Of a stretch of 64,000 bases of DNA, positions 19,330 to 28,493 are shown in pieces. Under the pieces are notes generated by a model, which searched no databases, was not told the DNA's origin, and worked only from the letters and a program-made list of their open reading frames with translations. Each line of letters begins with the position of its first letter. The stretch's first letter is position 1. The position numbers and the translations under genes were made by a program. Origin of the DNA: Chloroflexota bacterium (lineage in GTDB: Bacteria > Chloroflexota > UBA11872 > VXOZ01); the NCBI GenBank assembly GCA_963663275.1, contig OY760183.1:2080001-2144000 (forward strand). Reading direction: 5' to 3'.

Positions 19330-20089
19330 CCCGGCGCATCTTTCGGCGCAACGAGAGCAGAGCGCCACCGGGGGCGAGCAGGAAACGGCGCTGCCTGATC
19401 GCCGCGAACTGCGGCGGCTGACGGAAGAGGTGGGCGACGCGCTGGCGCGGCGCGGAGAGACGCTGGCCGTGGGGGAGACCTCGGCCGGCGGCGCGCTGGC
19501 CGGCGCGCTTCATGTTGATGGCCAGCCTAGAACACAGTTTCGCGGCGGGTTGGTTCTCTATGCCGGCAATGACGCGCCGCTGGCGCGTGAAATGGACGGC
19601 ATAGCGAGCAAACACGGCGTCGTGAGCGAGGAGTACGCTGCGGCATTGGCGCGGTATGTCCGCGGGACGTTCGGGTGTCAATGGGCATTGGCGGAGAGCG
19701 GTATTGCCGGCCCCCAGACCGGCCGCCGCTCGGCGAAGCCGGTGGGAATGGTGTGCCTGGCGGTGGCCGGGCCGGTTGGAGAGGGGAAATCCGCGCAAGA
19801 GCGCGGGACAAGGCCCGGCGCAACAGGACATCCGATCGCCAAGTCTCCGGACGGGCGTGCGCGGGGGACAAGCCCCCGCGCACCAGGGGAATCGGGAAAG
19901 GTCTCACAAGACCCGCAAGGGCGGGGGACAAGCCCCCGCGCTACGGGGGATTGGCAGGAAGAGCGGGAGCAAGTGTACACGGCCACGCGCCTGATGCCGG
20001 ATTGCGGGCGCGAGGCGAATCAACGGCAATTCGCGTTGGAGGCTTTGCGTCTCCTCCGGCGCGCGCTGCTGGCGCGACCTCAGGAATAG
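19307..20089 (+). CDS. CinA C-terminal / PncC (NMN deamidase)-like protein with an in-frame repeat-derived insertion
   Basis: LAVGETSAGG, GVVSEEYA, ESGIAGP, KPVGMVCLAVAGP; about 60 extra residues before VYTATR...ALEALRLL; overlaps the selB stop. Confidence 0.8.
   Translation: MNARLPSDPAHLSAQREQSATGGEQETALPDRRELRRLTEEVGDALARRGETLAVGETSAGGALAGALHVDGQPRTQFRGGLVLYAGNDAPLAREMDGIASKHGVVSEEYAAALARYVRGTFGCQWALAESGIAGPQTGRRSAKPVGMVCLAVAGPVGEGKSAQERGTRPGATGHPIAKSPDGRARGTSPRAPGESGKVSQDPQGRGTSPRATGDWQEEREQVYTATRLMPDCGREANQRQFALEALRLLRRALLARPQE
19801..19945. repeat. Three REP copies at 60-bp period inside the CinA gene
   Basis: gcg(c/g)gggacaag(g/c)cc(g/c)gcgc at 19801, 19861 and 19921. Confidence 0.85.
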
Positions 20090-20147
20090 GGATGGTCGGT
20101 TCCAATTGGAGCAGCGAAGGGACGCATCGCCGAAAGACACGCCAGCC

Positions 20148-20215
20148 GTAGCGCGGGGCTTCTTCCCGATGTTGTCGCGCAAACGTAGCGCGGGGGCTTG
20201 TCCCCCGCCTCTTGG
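20148..20215. repeat. Two GTAGCGCGGGG REP copies (one degenerate)
   Basis: gtagcgcggggcttcttccc and gtagcgcgggggcttgtcccccgcctcttgg. Confidence 0.8.
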
Positions 20216-20298
20216 AGAAACCGGCGGACTACAATCACTGTTGCGGGCGCGGCGCGGGCGTGGTATAGTTACGGCGTTGGACAATTGAAGAGTGGCGT

Positions 20299-20393
20299 GA
20301 TAGGGGTGTCCGGGAGTCCGGGCTGAGACGAGAGACGCGCGTATGTCCTCAAACCCTTGCACCTGATCAGGGTAATGCCTGCGGAGGGAATGC
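20299..20393 (+). ncRNA. TPP (THI-box) riboswitch
   Basis: aggggtgtc...gctgaga...acccttgcacctgatcagggtaatgcctgcggagggaa matches the TPP consensus; lies upstream of an NCS1 permease. Confidence 0.95.
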
Positions 20394-20416
20394 ACTGCTG
20401 AGCCTGCATATCTTGG

Positions 20417-20446
20417 GCGTGCTGAATCCGCAGCACGCTTTTCTTC
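20417..20446 (+). terminator. Intrinsic terminator, probable expression platform of the TPP riboswitch
   Basis: gcgtgctg-aatccg-cagcacgc followed by ttttctt. Confidence 0.75.
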
Positions 20447-20530
20447 GTTAAATCAGCTTTCCTGGATGTTCCAGGCGATTACCGTAGGCGCGGGTTTGCA
20501 GCCTGCGCTCAATGCAGGAGGTTTGCACCG

Positions 20531-21952
20531 ATGCTCGGTTCGTTGTCCAAAATTCTGCCCAGGGTCGAAGTGCCGCCGGAGTGGGGTGTGGAGCCGGTGC
20601 CCCCGGCAGAGCGCCGCATGTCGTTTCGGCAGCACTTCGTGCTCTGGTTCAACCTGGGCATCGGTCTGCTCGTCATCCTGACCGGCGCGCTGCTGGTGCT
20701 GCCGGCGGAAGACCACGGCCTGGGCATGGCGCCCCGGCAGGCGTTGCTGGCGGTGATCGTCGGCAGCGCGATCGGCGTCTTCCTGCTGGCGCTCATGTCC
20801 TATGCCGGCGCGCGGGTGCACGTGCCCACCATGGTGCTGCTGCGTCCCGTGCTGGGCATACGCGGTTCCTACGTGCCCAGCGTCTTCAACTTTCTGCAAC
20901 TCGTCGGCTGGACCGCGTTCGAACTATGGGCCATGGCGTGGGCGGCCAACCACGTCGCCAAGACGATGTTCGATTTCGACGCGTACCTGCTGTGGCTGCT
21001 GGTATTCGCGGTCATCTGCACGTCATTCGCGTTGGGCGGCCCGATAGTGGTGGTGCGGCAATGGATGGAGAAGTTCGGCATCTGGGTGATGACGGCGGCC
21101 TCGCTCTGGCTGACCTACTCGATCGTGAGCAGTTTCAACCTGGGCGACGTGCTTTCCCAAACGAGCACCGACGGCGCGCCCTTCTGGGTGGGTGTGGACC
21201 TCGTCATCGCCATGCCGATTTCGTGGATACCGCTCATCGCCGACTACAGCCGTTTCGGGCGCAGCGATACCGGCGCGTTTGCCGGCACGGGGCTGGGGTA
21301 TCTTCTGGCTAACTCGTGGTTCTACGGACTCGGCGTGCTGCTGGTGGCGACGGTAACCCTCGGCGACCTGAGCAATCCGGCGGTGGCCATCGCCGGCGCG
21401 ATCATCGTCTTCACCGCCGGCTGGCTGGCGCTGCTTGCTACTTTGGCCGTGGAAACCGACCAGGCCTTCGCGGACATCTACTCGGCGGCCGTGACCGCCC
21501 AAAACGTCTTTTCGCGCGTCCCGCAGCGGGTCATCGTCGTGATCGTCGCCGTGATCGGCCTTGTGTTGGCGTCATTCCTCAACATGGTGACGTACGAAAT
21601 CTTCATGCTGCTCATCGGCTCAATCTTCATTTCGCTCTTTGGCGTGATGGCGGCGGACTACTTCGTGGTGCGGCGGCGGAGGTATGAGACGGAGGAACTC
21701 TATGCGCGGGACGGCGCGTACTGGTACCGGGGCGGCGTCAATTGGCTCGGCCTGCTCTGCTGGGCGGCCGGCGTGAGCGTCTACCACACCCTCAACCCCA
21801 ACCTCTTGAGCAATTTCGTGGATGGCGTTGGAGGCCTGGCGCCGGACGCGCTGACCGGCTACGGCGGCTCGCTGCCGTCGTTCATCGTGGCGTTCGCGCT
21901 CTACGCCGTGCTCAGCCCGCTGCTGTTGCGGCGCACGGCTGAGGAAGAATAG
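20531..21952 (+). CDS. NCS1/purine-cytosine permease family, probable hydroxymethylpyrimidine/thiamine-precursor transporter (CytX-like)
   Basis: About 12 TM helices; FVLWFN, MPISWIPLIADYSRF, ADYFVVRR, GVNW; TPP riboswitch upstream. Confidence 0.85.
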   Translation: MLGSLSKILPRVEVPPEWGVEPVPPAERRMSFRQHFVLWFNLGIGLLVILTGALLVLPAEDHGLGMAPRQALLAVIVGSAIGVFLLALMSYAGARVHVPTMVLLRPVLGIRGSYVPSVFNFLQLVGWTAFELWAMAWAANHVAKTMFDFDAYLLWLLVFAVICTSFALGGPIVVVRQWMEKFGIWVMTAASLWLTYSIVSSFNLGDVLSQTSTDGAPFWVGVDLVIAMPISWIPLIADYSRFGRSDTGAFAGTGLGYLLANSWFYGLGVLLVATVTLGDLSNPAVAIAGAIIVFTAGWLALLATLAVETDQAFADIYSAAVTAQNVFSRVPQRVIVVIVAVIGLVLASFLNMVTYEIFMLLIGSIFISLFGVMAADYFVVRRRRYETEELYARDGAYWYRGGVNWLGLLCWAAGVSVYHTLNPNLLSNFVDGVGGLAPDALTGYGGSLPSFIVAFALYAVLSPLLLRRTAEEE

Positions 21953-22039
21953 AGGAGAGCCTTCGCCCTCCGATAATGTTCCGATGGCGTCTCGTGCCAC
22001 ACGTGCACGTTCCAATTGCATCTCTACCGACCCCAACTA

Positions 22040-22108
22040 AACGGAGCGTGACGGGAAGAGTGAACAGAACGCGATAGGAAGCGTGAACGGAACCTGACAG
22101 GAAGAGAA
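22040..22108. repeat. Three degenerate 23-bp tandem repeats
   Basis: aacggagcgtgacgggaagagtg / aacagaacgcgataggaagcgtg / aacggaacctgacaggaagagaa. Confidence 0.7.
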
Positions 22109-22120
22109 AGCACACTGTCT

Positions 22121-22396
22121 GCCGTTCGCCCTGAGCTTAGTCGAAGGGTGAACGGCAGACAGTCTTGTTTGACGGACACGGCCGCCGCTCTCCGTTCATG
22201 CTTCGACAAGCTCAGCACGAACGGAAAGACTGAATCTCAATACGGCAAGAATAGCGCGAACGGAGGGTCTGAGCATCGATTGGGCGAGCTTAGCGCGTAC
22301 GGTTGGTCTGACGTTCAATACGACAGGTTCTGCGCAAAGGGAGGGCCAAAGCCCCTGTGCGGCAGGCTCAACGCGAACGGGAGTTCCTGAGTGAAT
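22121..22396. repeat. CTTCGACAAGCTCAG-type REP doublet followed by five degenerate 39-bp tandem units
   Basis: ccgttcgccctgagcttagtcgaag...cttcgacaagctcagcacgaacgg inverted pair; units start at 22202, 22241, 22280, 22319 and 22358. Confidence 0.75.
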
Positions 22397-22412
22397 TCTA
22401 CAAGCCCGGGCG

Positions 22413-22757
22413 CTAGCGGCCCTTATAGAGCGCGTCGGTCTTGGCCGCCATGATGAAGTCGTTGCGGTGCAGGCCCTTGACCTTGTGCGTCCACCACGAC
22501 ACGGTGACGCCCACCCACTCGGTGAGAATGGCCGGGTGGTGGTCCTGCTCTTCCGCCGCGGCGGCGACCGCGTTGGTGAAGGCCAACGACTGGGTGAAGT
22601 TGGGGAAGGGATAGACGCGCTCCAACTGCGAAATGCCGTCCCGCTCCACTATATTCCACTCCGGAATTGCGGGCTTCAAAGCGGCGATTTCCGCAGCGGT
22701 CATGGTCGGCGCGCCCACGCGGCAGGCCACGCACGTTTCAGACTCTAGCGACGCCAT
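22413..22757 (-). CDS. phhB: Pterin-4-alpha-carbinolamine dehydratase
   Basis: CVACR, AEEQDHHPAI, WWTHKVKGLHRNDFIMAAK. Confidence 0.92.
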   Translation of the reverse strand: MASLESETCVACRVGAPTMTAAEIAALKPAIPEWNIVERDGISQLERVYPFPNFTQSLAFTNAVAAAAEEQDHHPAILTEWVGVTVSWWTHKVKGLHRNDFIMAAKTDALYKGR

Positions 22758-22787
22758 GATTACCTCCACTCAAGCATGAATCCCATC

Positions 22788-22929
22788 GGAGACCTTTGCA
22801 TAGCTCCGTTATTCCGGCGAAAGCCGGAATCCAGAGCGCTTTTACAACTAAAAATAGCATGATTTAAATCTATTTCACCCCCATCCCAACCTTCCCCCAC
22901 TATGGGGAAGGGGTTATGCAAAGGTCTCC
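22788..22929. mobile_element. MITE-A, intact 142-bp copy with IS5/IS1106-like ends
   Basis: Perfect 15-bp IR ggagacctttgcata / tatgcaaaggtctcc; (c)atc(g) duplicated on both sides; internal attccggcgaaagccggaat and ccttcccc/ggggaagg hairpins. Confidence 0.88.
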
Positions 22930-23003
22930 ATCGGGAGTGCTCGGTTCGCGATGGCTGCTACCGAAAACGACAGCACAGCAGATGCGCTGCCGTGCGAAAG
23001 CTC

Positions 23004-23249
23004 CTATTGCGGCACGAATTGAAACACGGTGATGAGAGCGGCCAGGAACACAACGCCCGCGACCACAAGTCCGCCAAGCCGCATGAGAATGCGCAACTCC
23101 AACGCCTTCAGCTTGGCATCGAGCACGGCCTCGGTTACAAGGTTTTCTCGCGGGTCGGCTACCACGTCCACCATTGCCTCGGCCTGGTCTTCCGGCACGC
23201 CTGCGCCCGTTTGCGTTTTCACCGCCTCGCGCGCATCATGATCTGCCAT
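23004..23249 (-). CDS. Small coiled-coil protein with C-terminal TM helix (DUF1640/CCDC90-like)
   Basis: GAGVPEDQAEA...LVT...LKALELRILMRLGGLVVAGVVFLAAL; ggag RBS upstream. Confidence 0.65.
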   Translation of the reverse strand: MADHDAREAVKTQTGAGVPEDQAEAMVDVVADPRENLVTEAVLDAKLKALELRILMRLGGLVVAGVVFLAALITVFQFVPQ

Positions 23250-23512
23250 TTCCGCGCGTCTCCTTGTGGAGCTATCCGCGCTCGTTTTCTAATTCTTCCA
23301 CAGCGATCGGCGCCTTGTAAAGGACTCATGAACTCTTGGCGCGTGCCATCGCAAGGGACACGTCGCGGAGACCCACGCGTGGCTGCGCTTGCCCGCGCAC
23401 ACATTAGCCGCCAGCGCCGCAATCTTGCTTGCGTTGGGTCAAGGGTGTATAGTCTTTCATGTCCTTGGGGCGCCAGGGAACGAACGACGCAGCATCGAAG
23501 AGGAGGCGAGCG

Positions 23513-24886
23513 ATGCGTCAAAGTAGGGCTACACGACGTGGCGTGCTGGCCGGCATGCTTGGAGGGAGCGGCGCGCTGCTGCTGGCGGCGTGCGGACAGG
23601 CCACAACGATGGGCGAGCCGGACGCGGACATGGCAGAGAAACCGGCCGCGGAAGAGAAACCGGCGGAGCCGGAGACGGTCACGCTCAACGTGATCTGCTA
23701 CACGGAAGCGCAGGGCGGCGACTATCAGCGGACAATCGAGGGCTATCGGGCGGAGGTCGGCACGGAAATCGACCTTTCGATCGACGTTACCGCGTGGGGA
23801 GAATATTGGCCGAAGCTCAAGACCTCCGCCGCCGCGGGCACGCCGTTCGACGTGATGATCATGAACGGCCCCAACATCATGTTCCACGCGGCGAACAATA
23901 TTCTCTACGACCTCTCGCCCTACGTAAAGGCCGACGGCATCGACATGCTGGAGACCTTCCCGGCGTATCTCGTGAATGTCTATACGCTGTTCGGCAAGGT
24001 CTGGGGTCTACCGAATTTCCACGCTACCATCGGTATGTACTACAACCGCGAGCACCTGGGTGAAGCGGGACTGGACGAGCCGGCGGAGGACTGGACGTTC
24101 GATGACTGGCTGGAGATGTCGCAAAAGCTCACAATCCGCCAAGGCGAAACCCCGGAGCGCTGGGGCACGTACGTCTCGGTTTGGGGGCAGACTGAAGGGT
24201 ACAACTACGTCCTGGCGAACGGCGGCGAAATTCTGAGCAAGGACAAGACGGAGTTTCTCTTTGGTCAGCCCGCCGGACTGGAAGCCTTCAACTTCATGCA
24301 CGGTCTCATTCACCAGCATGGCGTGGCGCCCACGCGCCCGGAGGCCTCCGACGCCGGCGGCAAGCGGAACATGTTCCACAACGGCTTGCTTACCTTCCGC
24401 GCCAGCGGCCCGTGGGAATTCGGCCACTTGGCGCCGCTGGACCACATCAACTGGGGTGTGCAGTACCTGCCACGGAACGTTCGCCAGGCCAACGTGGTCC
24501 ATGGCTCGTCGTTCGCGGCCGGCGACCAGGTACAAACGCCGGACCACTCGTGGGCGTTCATCAAGTACGCCACCACGTCCGATACCGGCGAGAATTCCAC
24601 AGCCGAGTTCACCATGCCCGGCAGTTGGAAGGGTTCCCGCAATTGGACCGCCAACAACGACTTCCCCGAACTGGCGCAGAAGTTCCTCGACTCCATGGAC
24701 TGGGGCTTCGACTACCCGCAGTCGTACTCCACCCTGGAATGGAACAGCGCCATCCCGGCTGAGCTCAACAAGGCCGTGGACAACGAGGTGACAATGGATG
24801 AAGCCGTCGCCACCGCCGTCGCCATCGGCAACAAGATCCTGGATGAGGAGCAGGTAGAGCTAAGGCGGCTGGGCGTGATTAGCTAG
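23513..24886 (+). CDS. ABC transporter sugar-binding lipoprotein (family 1), Tat signal; orphan
   Basis: TRRGVL...LLAAC; WGEYWPKL, MYYNREHL, DWTFDDW; no permease gene adjacent. Confidence 0.88.
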   Translation: MRQSRATRRGVLAGMLGGSGALLLAACGQATTMGEPDADMAEKPAAEEKPAEPETVTLNVICYTEAQGGDYQRTIEGYRAEVGTEIDLSIDVTAWGEYWPKLKTSAAAGTPFDVMIMNGPNIMFHAANNILYDLSPYVKADGIDMLETFPAYLVNVYTLFGKVWGLPNFHATIGMYYNREHLGEAGLDEPAEDWTFDDWLEMSQKLTIRQGETPERWGTYVSVWGQTEGYNYVLANGGEILSKDKTEFLFGQPAGLEAFNFMHGLIHQHGVAPTRPEASDAGGKRNMFHNGLLTFRASGPWEFGHLAPLDHINWGVQYLPRNVRQANVVHGSSFAAGDQVQTPDHSWAFIKYATTSDTGENSTAEFTMPGSWKGSRNWTANNDFPELAQKFLDSMDWGFDYPQSYSTLEWNSAIPAELNKAVDNEVTMDEAVATAVAIGNKILDEEQVELRRLGVIS

Positions 24887-24912
24887 CCAAAGCAGAATAG
24901 AGGGCAGTCCTA

Positions 24913-24945
24913 ACATTGGGTGCTTCCTTTGGAGGCACCCAATGT
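24913..24945 (+). terminator. Strong stem-loop downstream of the solute-binding protein gene
   Basis: acattgggtgcttcc-ttt-ggaggcacccaatgt. Confidence 0.6.
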
Positions 24946-24999
24946 GGATTCTTCCCATATGTTCTGCCTTTAGACGCACTTTGTGACGAAAGGTGCGAA

Positions 25000-25019
25000 T
25001 TCACCACAGTTGTGGTGAA
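25000..25019. promoter_or_regulatory. 20-bp palindrome upstream of res (candidate operator)
   Basis: ttcaccaca-gt-tgtggtgaa in the AT-rich leader, about 65 bp before ATG 25086. Confidence 0.4.
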
Positions 25020-25085
25020 ATATGACCAACTGTGCGAATTGTCCGGTGGTTGCCCCTCTGCAATTGGGCAACCCTGAAGGCTACC

Positions 25086-28000
25086 ATGGAAGATCGCTTC
25101 TTTACACATCCAGTTTTGAATCCTCCCTACGAGTACCCATCGAGGCACTGGGAACTCGATGACGATGGTCAGCCGACGCATCGCATTAACGCGGGCAGAC
25201 GGCCGGCTGAGTTTCGGACTCCTATTCCCCAGCCGAAGAAAACCAAGGGGCAGCCTGTCCAGGAAAGACTTGCCGTCGGTGAAGCCGGTGGCAGCCCCGA
25301 GGATGACCAGCAGTCAGATATCGCCGCGAGGGTGGGGGAAATTCGAGGTTACGTAGACTTGTGGCGAGAAATGCCCGGCTCTGACAATTGGGGAGTCACC
25401 CCGGAGACTGCCCGGCTGCTCCAACACTGGCGCAACTATGACTTTAGCAGCTACCGCCCATTCTTCTGCCAGCTAGAAGCGGTCGAGACGATGATCTGGC
25501 TGACGGAAGTTGCGCCAAGGGAAAGGCCGGAAATCAGGGCCTTGTTGCGTAGCCTCGACCAAGCCAGCACGGACGCAAATCCTAATCTATTGCGCATGGC
25601 TCTCAAGCTGGCAACCGGAGCGGGCAAGACCACGGTAATGGCCATGCTCATCGCTTGGCAAACCGTCAACGCCGTGCGCCGGCCTGCCAGCAGAAACTTC
25701 ACGCGAGGCTTCCTGATTGTCACGCCCGGAATCACCATCAAAGACCGCTTGCGCGTACTCCAGCCGAACGATCCGGACAACTATTACGTGTCCCGTGAAC
25801 TCGTGCCGCCTGACATGCGCGAAGACATCAAGCGCGCCAAGATCGTCATCACCAATTACCACGCGTTCATGCTGCGCGAGCGCATGGACATCTCATCCGG
25901 CGGACGCGCCCTTCTGCAAGGCCGGGGCTCTGACTTGCTCACTCGAGAGACAGAGGGCCAGATGATCCAGCGCGTTATGCCCGACCTCATGAGTTTGAAG
26001 AACATCCTTGTGATGAACGATGAGGGACATCACTGCTACCGCGAGAAACCGGAGACCGAGGAAAGAACTCTTAAGGTCGAGGAAAAGCAAGAGGCAAGAA
26101 AGAATAACGAAGCCGCGCGCGTCTGGATTACGGGCCTGGAATCCGTCAAGAAAAGAGTTGGCGTCCGGCGGGTGATCGATCTCTCGGCAACGCCCTTCTT
26201 CTTGCGCGGTTCGGGCTATGAGGAAGGCACGCTGTTTCCCTGGACGGTAAGCAACTTTTCGCTGATGGACGCCATCGAGTGCGGAATTGTGAAGCTGCCG
26301 CGCGTGCCGGTCTCCGACAATATCCCCGGCAGCGACATGCCGACGTATCGGGCTCTTTGGGAGAACATCCGCAGGGATATGCCGAAGAAGGGACGAGGCA
26401 AGGCGAAGGGGCTCGAGCCCCTGGAGTTGCCCGTCACACTGCGGACCGCGCTGGAGGCGCTCTACGGCCACTACGACAGAACCTTCGACCTTTGGCAAGA
26501 CGCCAAGATCCCTGTACCTCCGTGTTTTGTCATCGTCTGCAACAATACTTCCACGTCCAAGCTCGTCTACGATTTCGTCTCCGGTTTCGAGCGAGAGGAT
26601 AAAGCCGGCGCCAAGCATGCAGTTTCAGGCCATTTTGCCCGCTTTTCCAATTACGATGAATTTGGGACCCGATTGGCGAGACCCTATACCATCCTTATCG
26701 ACAGCGAGCAGCTCGAGTCCGGTGAGGCGCTCAGTAGAGACTTTCGCACAATGGCTGCCGCCGAGATCGAGCAATTCCGCAAAGAACGGGTCGAACGTAC
26801 CGGCGATCGCAGGGAGGCGGAGAACATCACCGACCATGACTTGCTGCGGGAGGTCATGAATACGGTTGGCAAGGAAGACCGTCTTGGCGGCCAGATTCGC
26901 TGTGTCGTCTCAGTATCCATGCTGACAGAGGGGTGGGACGCCAACAACGTGACCCACATTCTGGGCGTGCGGGCGTTTGGCACCCAACTCCTTTGCGAGC
27001 AGGTGGTGGGCCGCGCGCTACGGCGCCAGTCGTACGAATTGAACAAGCAGAATCGCTTCAACGTCGAGTATGCCGACGTGCTCGGCGTTCCCTTTGACTT
27101 CACCGCGCAGCCGGTTGCGCCAAAACCGCAGCCGCCGCAGCGCCTGCTCCACGTCATGGCGGTGCGGCCCGACCGCGACGCCTGCGAAATCCGCTTTCCG
27201 CGGGTGGCCGGCTACCGGATCGAGTTGCCAAAGAGAGAACTATCCGCTCGCTTTACCCAGGATTCGAAGCTGCCGCTCACGCCAGAGTTGGTCGGCCCGA
27301 CGCGCACGCGAAATGAAGGCATCATTGGCGAAGGCGTCGACCTCAACCTCGTGCATACGCAGGTTCTTCGACTGCCCACAGTGGCATACCACCTGACCAA
27401 GCACTTGCTCCTCACAAAGTGGCGGGAAGACGGCAATGAACTGCCGGTAGCGTTCTTTGGCCGCCTCAAGCGCGTCGTTACCCAGTGGCTCGAAGAGTGC
27501 CTGGTCTGCAGCGGCGGCACGTATCCGGCGCAGCTTATGTATCCGACTATCGCGGAAATGGCGTGTGAACGGATCATGGCAGCGATTGTCAGAGCGAGTT
27601 CAGAAACAGCCGCGTCCAACGGGCAAGGGAATCAGATGCCCAAGGTGCTGCTCGACCCCTTCAATCCCACGGGCTCCACCGTGCACGTTAACTTTCGCAC
27701 GTCGAAAGTGGGCTGGCGGTCGGATCCCCGCAAGTGTCACGTGAACTACGTCATCCTGGACGGCGATTGGGAACGGGAATTTTGCGAGGTCGCGCAAAGG
27801 CATCCCCGTGTTCTGAGGTATGTCAAGAATCACGGCCTCGGTTTGGAGGCCCCGTACCACCTCGGCGGTATCAAACGCACGTACCTGCCGGACTTCATCG
27901 TCGTGCTCGATGATGGGCGCGGCGCGGACGACCCGTTGCGCCTGGTGGTGGAGATCAAAGGCTATCGCGGCGAAGATGCCAAGCAGAAGAAAGAGACCAT

Positions 28001-28142
28001 GGAAACGTACTGGGTGCCTGGGGTCAATGCGCTCGGCGCCTACGGCCGTTGGGCCTTCGCGGAGTTCACGGACGTGTTTGAGATAGAGGAGGAATTTAGT
28101 AGGATAGTGAGTGGAGAGTTGCCAGTGGCCGGTGGGCGGTAG
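25086..28142 (+). CDS. Type III-like restriction endonuclease Res subunit (SF2 helicase + PD-(D/E)XK nuclease)
   Basis: LKLATGAGKT, NDEGHHCY, SATP, SVSMLTEGWD, EQVVGRALRR, YLPDFIV...VEIKG. Confidence 0.92.
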   Translation: MEDRFFTHPVLNPPYEYPSRHWELDDDGQPTHRINAGRRPAEFRTPIPQPKKTKGQPVQERLAVGEAGGSPEDDQQSDIAARVGEIRGYVDLWREMPGSDNWGVTPETARLLQHWRNYDFSSYRPFFCQLEAVETMIWLTEVAPRERPEIRALLRSLDQASTDANPNLLRMALKLATGAGKTTVMAMLIAWQTVNAVRRPASRNFTRGFLIVTPGITIKDRLRVLQPNDPDNYYVSRELVPPDMREDIKRAKIVITNYHAFMLRERMDISSGGRALLQGRGSDLLTRETEGQMIQRVMPDLMSLKNILVMNDEGHHCYREKPETEERTLKVEEKQEARKNNEAARVWITGLESVKKRVGVRRVIDLSATPFFLRGSGYEEGTLFPWTVSNFSLMDAIECGIVKLPRVPVSDNIPGSDMPTYRALWENIRRDMPKKGRGKAKGLEPLELPVTLRTALEALYGHYDRTFDLWQDAKIPVPPCFVIVCNNTSTSKLVYDFVSGFEREDKAGAKHAVSGHFARFSNYDEFGTRLARPYTILIDSEQLESGEALSRDFRTMAAAEIEQFRKERVERTGDRREAENITDHDLLREVMNTVGKEDRLGGQIRCVVSVSMLTEGWDANNVTHILGVRAFGTQLLCEQVVGRALRRQSYELNKQNRFNVEYADVLGVPFDFTAQPVAPKPQPPQRLLHVMAVRPDRDACEIRFPRVAGYRIELPKRELSARFTQDSKLPLTPELVGPTRTRNEGIIGEGVDLNLVHTQVLRLPTVAYHLTKHLLLTKWREDGNELPVAFFGRLKRVVTQWLEECLVCSGGTYPAQLMYPTIAEMACERIMAAIVRASSETAASNGQGNQMPKVLLDPFNPTGSTVHVNFRTSKVGWRSDPRKCHVNYVILDGDWEREFCEVAQRHPRVLRYVKNHGLGLEAPYHLGGIKRTYLPDFIVVLDDGRGADDPLRLVVEIKGYRGEDAKQKKETMETYWVPGVNALGAYGRWAFAEFTDVFEIEEEFSRIVSGELPVAGGR

Positions 28143-28191
28143 CCGGTGAGGAGTCATTTCCGGCCCCCGGCGGCTGACCACCAACCACCAG
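28110..28191. repeat. Degenerate heptamer (RGTGGCY-like) tandem array with inverted partner
   Basis: agtggag agttgcc agtggcc ggtgggc ggtagcc ggtgagg ... ccggccc ccggcgg ctgacca ccaacca. Confidence 0.75.
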
Positions 28192-28202
28192 AGAGGTGCG
28201 GC

Positions 28203-28493
28203 ATGAACAGAAATGGGACGCTGGAGTTGCTGAGGGAGCACAAGGCCACGCTTGCAGCGCGCTTTGGCGTCACCGGACTTGCGCTCTTCGGCTCGCTGGC
28301 CCGAGATGGAGCGGCAGACGGCAGTGACGTGGACATCTTGATCAGCTTTGACGGCCCGGCGGACTGGCGGCGCTTCTTCGGCGTCCAATTCTACCTTGAA
28401 GACCTTCTGGGAAGGCCGGTGGATTTGGTGACGGTCAAGAGCCTGCGCCCGGAACTCAGGCCATACGTGGAGCGGGAGTCCGTGCGTGTCTGA
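28203..28493 (+). CDS. Minimal nucleotidyltransferase (MntA-type antitoxin)
   Basis: GSX10DXD motif FGSLARDGAADGSDVD; LEDLLGRPVDLV; 96 aa. Confidence 0.9.
   Translation: MNRNGTLELLREHKATLAARFGVTGLALFGSLARDGAADGSDVDILISFDGPADWRRFFGVQFYLEDLLGRPVDLVTVKSLRPELRPYVERESVRV

Noticed and set aside
22202-22396. Possible degenerate CRISPR
   Set aside because: The whole 39-bp unit is homologous between copies; there is no conserved-repeat/unique-spacer structure.
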